Assembly (NCBI GenBank): GCA_963677745.1
Contig: OY782391.1
Coordinates: 32,001 to 96,000 of the forward strand
Source of the DNA: Candidatus Altimarinota bacterium
Lineage (GTDB): Bacteria > Patescibacteriota > Gracilibacteria > UBA1369
DNA length: 64,000 nt
Reading direction: 5' to 3'
Part shown: in pieces, positions 58,916 to 64,000 of the stretch
Numbering within the stretch: the stretch's first letter is position 1
Layout: every line of letters begins with the position of its first letter
Notes under the pieces: model-generated
What the model saw: the letters and a program-made list of their open reading frames with translations, nothing else
Told to the model about the DNA's origin: nothing
Databases searched by the model: none
Translations under genes and position numbers: made by a program

Positions 58916-60523
58916 TCATTTTTCCAGTCTTTTCACCATATACGTCCCTTCCTGATGATAACCCAGCTTTCGGTAATATTCTCTCACCCCAATGCCGGAA
59001 ATAACTGCCAGCTTGTGAAAACCGTTTTTTAAAGCAATGTCCTCCGCGGTCTTCATCATTCTTCGGCCCAAGCCTATGTGCTGTGAAACATCCCGTTCCT
59101 TGCTATCTATGGACACCAGTTCACCATAAGCATGCACCTCTCTTATCAAGGCAGCTCCCTCCAGTTCCGTAATAAAATGTTTCTTGCCCTGCAGAGAATA
59201 TGAAGAAAACCTCAATCTGAGCAAAGAACATAATTTATCGCTGTCGGGCTGATCATAACTGATAAAAAACTCCTGTCCGCCCGATGCTTCAAATTGCCTT
59301 ATATTCATGCTCAAATCTGACAAATTGACTTTCTGCTCCTTAATTTCACGGCTGCGTATATCACGCGACGTAATGCCGCGCAAAGCCATTTCTGTTTCCA
59401 CAAATTGCCTGAGATTGGAGAGTTTGGAGCCGGCAATAACGGTATCCGAGGGGATGTCCCTGTAAATTCTGGTAACTCTCACATATTCCGGCCAGAGCTG
59501 GGTCATTTTTATCATCAATTCTATCAGTTCTGTATCACTGTAACTTTTATATTTCCCGTTACGGTAAACCTGTTCCAGCTGAGACCAGGGCACCACAATG
59601 CAGGGATATACTTTCATCCAGTCAGGCCTGTAGGCGGGGTTTGCAAACAACTCCTTCATGTCCGCCAGATCAATTTCGGGTGTAGAGCCGTACAAATTCG
59701 GCATCATATGAACATTAATCTTGAAAGCTGCGTCTCGCAACAATTGCATGGCCAGCTTCGTTTCGGCAATGCCATGACCACGTCTGTTCATTTCCAAGAC
59801 TCTGTCATTTAGAGACTGTACCCCGATTTCCACTTTGGTGCAACCTAGCCGCCTCAGATGCAAAATTTCTTTCTCATTCACATGATCAGGCCTTGTTTCG
59901 AAAGATAAACCAATACAGCGGTTATCGGCCTTTTCATTGCGCTTTTGAGCCTCCAATAAGGTTGTGGCCGGGGGGAGCGGGTAATTTAAAGCATTGAAAA
60001 TGCTTTTGGTAAAATCATTCTGATAGCGCTTCGGATAAAATGAAAACGTCCCCCCGGCCACAACCAGATCTATTTTGTCTGTTTTATGACCGGTTGTCTT
60101 CAAGGAAAAAAGTCTGTTTTTGACCTGCCGGTAGGAGGAAAACTTATTCAGTATTGCTCTCATCATGGCCGGCTCATTGGAAAGATAACTCTTGGGCATT
60201 CCCGGTTCCGTCGGACAAAAAAGACACTTTCCCGGACAGGGAAAAGATTTAGTAAGTACAGTAATATTGGCGATACCCGATTTGGTGCGGACTGAACGCC
60301 GTCTGAGAAACTTTAAAAAATCCGGATTTTCAGCCAGACTCCCCTCTTTAACCATTTCCCGGTAAATTCGTATCAATTCCACATTGGTAACCGATGAAAC
60401 CCGGTACTTTGAACTGATCTCATTTTTGAGACTTTGCAGCTGCTGCTGGCTGGAAAGCTTTTCGGAGTAAGCCCTCTCAATCAACTCTCTATAGGCATTT
60501 TCATTAACTTTTCGCTTCAACAT
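58916..60523 (-). CDS. elp3: Elp3-like radical SAM / acetyltransferase tRNA U34 carboxymethyltransferase
   Basis: CPGKCLFCP, ETRPD, VEIGVQS, KVYPC, RELH-like REVH.YG, QHIGLG and ISGIGVREYYRKLGY. Confidence 0.92.
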   Translation of the reverse strand: MLKRKVNENAYRELIERAYSEKLSSQQQLQSLKNEISSKYRVSSVTNVELIRIYREMVKEGSLAENPDFLKFLRRRSVRTKSGIANITVLTKSFPCPGKCLFCPTEPGMPKSYLSNEPAMMRAILNKFSSYRQVKNRLFSLKTTGHKTDKIDLVVAGGTFSFYPKRYQNDFTKSIFNALNYPLPPATTLLEAQKRNEKADNRCIGLSFETRPDHVNEKEILHLRRLGCTKVEIGVQSLNDRVLEMNRRGHGIAETKLAMQLLRDAAFKINVHMMPNLYGSTPEIDLADMKELFANPAYRPDWMKVYPCIVVPWSQLEQVYRNGKYKSYSDTELIELMIKMTQLWPEYVRVTRIYRDIPSDTVIAGSKLSNLRQFVETEMALRGITSRDIRSREIKEQKVNLSDLSMNIRQFEASGGQEFFISYDQPDSDKLCSLLRLRFSSYSLQGKKHFITELEGAALIREVHAYGELVSIDSKERDVSQHIGLGRRMMKTAEDIALKNGFHKLAVISGIGVREYYRKLGYHQEGTYMVKRLEK

Positions 60524-60604
60524 AAATTCTCTGGTTTTCCTTGCTATGACGCCCTAAACTGATAAAGTAATTCTCGTGAAAAAGCAATTATTTCAGCATA
60601 AAAA

Positions 60605-61336
60605 GTGAAAAAAGCAAAAATTGCCAAAATCCTGGAAGACGTCAAGAAATCCTATAATCTGATTGCAGATGAATTTTCCGATACCCGCAATTACAGTTGG
60701 GAGGATTTCAATTATTTTAAACAGTACTTGTTTGAAAATGCCGAAATAGTTGATTTGGGCTGCGGAAACGGCAGACTTGTCAATTTTCTGGAAAAATACT
60801 ACCTGGGAAAGCCATATCGTTACGTGGGACTTGATAATAGCGAGGCGCTCCTGAAAAAAGCCCTGGATCTGCATCCCCACCAGGTATTTTTACCGGGCGA
60901 CCAAATGGAGATACCTTTGTCCGAAAACCAGGCTGATTTGGTCTTTGACATCGCCGCCTTTCATCACATTCCGTCAGTCAATTTGAGAAAACAATCGCTT
61001 TTGGAAATTAAAAGGGTACTTAAACCCGGCGGCATTTTGGTTTTGACAGTCTGGAACCTTTGGCAGAGAAAATACTTATGGCCCAATCTAAAAGCCTGGC
61101 TGGAATTTCTGATTAGTTTCGGAGGCATTGCTCCAAATGATCTTTTTATCCCCTGGAAAAACTCCCGCGGAAAAGTTGTTTCTTCACGCTATTATCATAA
61201 TTTCTTGCCGGTAGAATTAAACAATCTGGTTAAAAAGGCCGGATTTTCCGTAATCAAGGCCTTCCCCTCACGCAACGGACATAAGACCTCTCTTTTTAAT
61301 AGCTACAACTATATTTTGATCGCCAAAAATGAATAA
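60605..61336 (+). CDS. Class I SAM methyltransferase, Trm9/ALKBH8-like
   Basis: Y..IA..FS.TR...W, DLGCGNG, IAAFHH, RVLKPGG, VW and RYYH.F. Confidence 0.75.
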   Translation: MKKAKIAKILEDVKKSYNLIADEFSDTRNYSWEDFNYFKQYLFENAEIVDLGCGNGRLVNFLEKYYLGKPYRYVGLDNSEALLKKALDLHPHQVFLPGDQMEIPLSENQADLVFDIAAFHHIPSVNLRKQSLLEIKRVLKPGGILVLTVWNLWQRKYLWPNLKAWLEFLISFGGIAPNDLFIPWKNSRGKVVSSRYYHNFLPVELNNLVKKAGFSVIKAFPSRNGHKTSLFNSYNYILIAKNE

Positions 61337-62206
61337 TAAGGTAGATATTCTGGGAATTCCGTTTACATCTCTATCTGAAGAGGAAGTCCTGAATTTTATT
61401 AAAAATCATCTTAACAATCACTCCTCTCCCCCTCTTTTTGTTGCTACCCCCAATCCTGAAATGCTTCTGGAATCACATAAGAACTTGTTGTTTAAAAAAA
61501 ATATTCAACAGGCGGGATTGAATCTTCCGATGGTAACGGGCTAATCTGGGCCAACCGCTTTTTGTCAAAAATGTCAGGAAGGAAAAACAAAATAATGATT
61601 GCACTGTATGGAGCATTTAGTCTGCCTGCCTTTCTTTTTCATCGAAAGGTAACCGGACAGCGTTTCCAAAAAGCAATTCACGGTTCGGATCTGACCATGA
61701 AAATATGCCAGGATTCCGTAATTGGCAGCCAGGGGATTTTTCTCCTTGGTAACAAGTATGGTCTTCGGGCCAATACAGCAGAATTAGCGGCAAAAAAGCT
61801 GCAAAAAATGTTCCCCGCAATCAACATTTCCGGCTATCTGGACGCCACAGCCTCCGACTCTCATATTATCAGTAAAATCAATCAAAGCGGAGCCAAGATA
61901 CTGCTGGTTGCTTTTGGAGCTCCGATCCAGGAGCTGTGGATAGCCAGGAACCTTTCTGCGATGCCTGATATCAGGTTAGCCATGGGCATCGGGGGAACGT
62001 TTGATTTCATTGCCGGTATTGTGCCACGGGCACCGGTTTTAATGAGAAAACTGGGTCTTGAATGGCTCTACAGACTATATAAACAGCCGAAAAGGCTGGG
62101 CAGAATTATTAATGCCACCCTGGTTTTTCCCTATACTGTGATTAAAGACCGCCTGAATTCCTCTACCCCGGCAAATCCTGATAAACACAAAATTTCCGGC
62201 ATTTAG
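61329..62206 (+). pseudogene. WecB/TagA/CpsF glycosyltransferase split by a 1-nt frameshift near 61528
   Basis: TPNPE in the first ORF; GSDL, VAFGAP.QE, GIGGTFD and RAP...GLEWLYRL in the second; adding one base restores NLPDGNGLIWA. Confidence 0.8.
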
Positions 62207-62606
62207 CCTGTCTCAAAGAATCCAGCTCCAGTAGTTGTTCCTCGATCAAATCTATTTTTCGCTGAAAATATTGATCCGAATAAATTTGCTTTAGTATTTC
62301 CTGTTTTTCACGTTTTTCCAAATCACTTAAATCCTTCAATTTTTCAATTTGCCGTCTTTCACTTTGAAAAACTATCAAATCGCTTGCATACTCCGCCTTC
62401 AGCATTTCAATCCTGGTCTGAATTTTTCTTTCCTCCTGTTCAAATTGATAAACGCCGGCAAATGTTTCATATTTTAATACGGTGGGACTTGATACCTGAT
62501 CCCCTGCTTTCAAACCGGCAATTCTCGTAAAATAAAACAGTAACGCCACCGCTACCAGCGCCCCCACAAAAACAATTTGCAAAATATTGTCTTTAGTCCT
62601 GTCCAT
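62163..62606 (-). CDS. Hypothetical single-TM coiled-coil protein
   Basis: N-terminal TM and a helical body. Confidence 0.55.
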   Translation of the reverse strand: MDRTKDNILQIVFVGALVAVALLFYFTRIAGLKAGDQVSSPTVLKYETFAGVYQFEQEERKIQTRIEMLKAEYASDLIVFQSERRQIEKLKDLSDLEKREKQEILKQIYSDQYFQRKIDLIEEQLLELDSLRQAKCRKFCVYQDLPG

Positions 62607-62686
62607 AAATAGATTTAAGACCTATTTATATACTATTTCTGGAAAATTGCAAAATCCAGTGCTATTCTATTTCAGCAAAGTTAAAC

Positions 62687-62762
62687 GGGCCCTTAGCTCA
62701 GCTGGTAGAGCGCGGCATTCGCATTGCCGAGGTCGGGAGTTCGAGTCTCCTAGGGTCCACCA
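62687..62762 (+). tRNA. tRNA-Ala(CGC)
   Basis: GGGCCCTTAGCTCAGCTGGTAGAGC, anticodon arm CGGCA-TT-CGC-AT-TGCCG, GTTCGAGTC and encoded CCA. Confidence 0.95.
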
Positions 62763-63176
62763 TTATTTCCCCAGTTTTCTAATTGAAAAAAAGCCTTTTT
62801 TCTTCGCTTGTTCTTTTTCTTTTTCTTTTTCTAAAGCCTTTTTTGCCTCTTCCTTTTCTTTTTCAGACGGCTCACAGTAACATTCTTCCTCTCCACAATC
62901 CTTGCAGACAGCATCTTCTTTGACCTCTTCAAATCTGGTCCTGATTTTTTCCACAATTTGATGTATGAAGCCCAGACTGGCCGTCATCTCTGACAGCGCT
63001 TTCATCGGCTCCATTACAACTTCCCGTACTCTTTCCGAAACCTCCTTAAAGTTTGCGGTCATTTTGCTTACATCCCTCAAGACCAGCGTCAGATTTAGAA
63101 ACAAAACGCACAAAAAGATAACTAGAATCACAAATCCTCCTCCCAATGCGATATATAGAAAATCCAATGACGTCAT
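62763..63176 (-). CDS. Single-TM coiled-coil protein (DUF948-like)
   Basis: N-terminal TM followed by a heptad region. Confidence 0.55.
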   Translation of the reverse strand: MTSLDFLYIALGGGFVILVIFLCVLFLNLTLVLRDVSKMTANFKEVSERVREVVMEPMKALSEMTASLGFIHQIVEKIRTRFEEVKEDAVCKDCGEEECYCEPSEKEKEEAKKALEKEKEKEQAKKKGFFSIRKLGK

Positions 63177-63178
63177 AA

Positions 63179-64000
63179 TTATTTTGTTTTTAATATTTTA
63201 ATTAGTATTTCATTGGCTAGTTCAGGATTAGCCTGCCCCCTGGTTGCCTTCATGACTTGTCCGACCAGGGCCTTAAAGGCATTCTCCTTGCCACCAAGAT
63301 AATCTTGCACCGATTTTTGATTTTCTGCAACTACTTGCTGACAGATTTTTTCCAGTTCTAACGAATCCCCTATCGACTTCAGCCCCTTTTCGTCAATTAT
63401 CTTCTGAGGATCTCCGCCCTGCAGATACATTGTTTCAAATACTTCGCCCTTGGCAATATTCATGGAGGTCTGGCCTTCGTTTACCAGTTTAATCAGTGCA
63501 GCCAGATGTTCCGCAGAAATTTTGCAGCTTTGTATGGTCAAACCGTCTTTTTTAAGTCTTCCGACCAGAATACTCATCACGAAACTGGCAGACTTTTTGG
63601 AGTCGCCGGAAATTTCCACCACCCGGTCAAAATATACAGCCAGATCCCTATCTTCAATCAAAAACAATGCTTCCGCTTCGCTCAAACCGAATTCCGACAA
63701 ATAGCGCTGATATTTTTTTTCAGGAAGTTCAGGAATTTCCAATCGTAATTTCTCAATAAAATCATCCGCCAGCACAATAGGCGGCAAGTCCGGCTCGGGA
63801 AAATATCGATAATCATCAGATCCTTCCTTGATTCTCATGAAATAGGTTTGCCCGGAAATGTCATCAAAACCAACCGTAATATTCTGCTGAAGAGTCTGAT
63901 TATCCGACCAAAGTTGTTTCTGACGTTCTATTTCATATTTAATGGCCGTTTCCAGAGATCGAAAAGAATTCAGGTTTTTTATTTCGGCGCGCGGGTACAG
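63179..64000 (-). CDS. gatB: Asp/Glu-tRNA amidotransferase subunit B (5' end outside the window)
   Basis: EIKNLNSF, KE...DYRYFPEPDLPP and VGQVMKATRGQANP. Confidence 0.96.
   Translation of the reverse strand: MYPRAEIKNLNSFRSLETAIKYEIERQKQLWSDNQTLQQNITVGFDDISGQTYFMRIKEGSDDYRYFPEPDLPPIVLADDFIEKLRLEIPELPEKKYQRYLSEFGLSEAEALFLIEDRDLAVYFDRVVEISGDSKKSASFVMSILVGRLKKDGLTIQSCKISAEHLAALIKLVNEGQTSMNIAKGEVFETMYLQGGDPQKIIDEKGLKSIGDSLELEKICQQVVAENQKSVQDYLGGKENAFKALVGQVMKATRGQANPELANEILIKILKTK

Overview
The window is a piece of a low-GC bacterial chromosome using genetic code 11. Its gene content (short EF-Ts, VirB2-like pilin, Elp3, PrsW) suggests a CPR/Patescibacteria lineage such as Peregrinibacteria; this assignment is inference. 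Host housekeeping genes occupy 1-23.75 kb (tsf, rpsB, STAS/anti-sigma/PrsW module, der, uvrC, rmuC, tsaC, tRNA-Leu, obgE, pth, rplU, tyrS, recG) and 57.2-64 kb (Elp3, Trm9-like methyltransferase, frameshifted WecB/TagA, tRNA-Ala, gatB). Between them lies an apparently complete ~33.3 kb podovirus-like prophage (23860-57181) bounded by two 28-bp 11-6-11 dif-like sites. It carries its own Xer-like recombinase far from the att sites and no recognisable CI repressor. Main leads: (1) a bulged hairpin RNA before the scaffold gene whose loop and bulge are complementary to motifs in the leaders of many structural genes (candidate multi-target RNA regulator); (2) integration at a dif-like site that separates the replication initiator from a near-consensus promoter; (3) a probable -1 frameshift that makes a membrane-anchored lytic transglycosylase; (4) a tail-fibre domain inserted into a copy of itself; (5) a host Elp3 plus Trm9-like gene pair. 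All protein calls come from motif recognition by eye, with no database searches.
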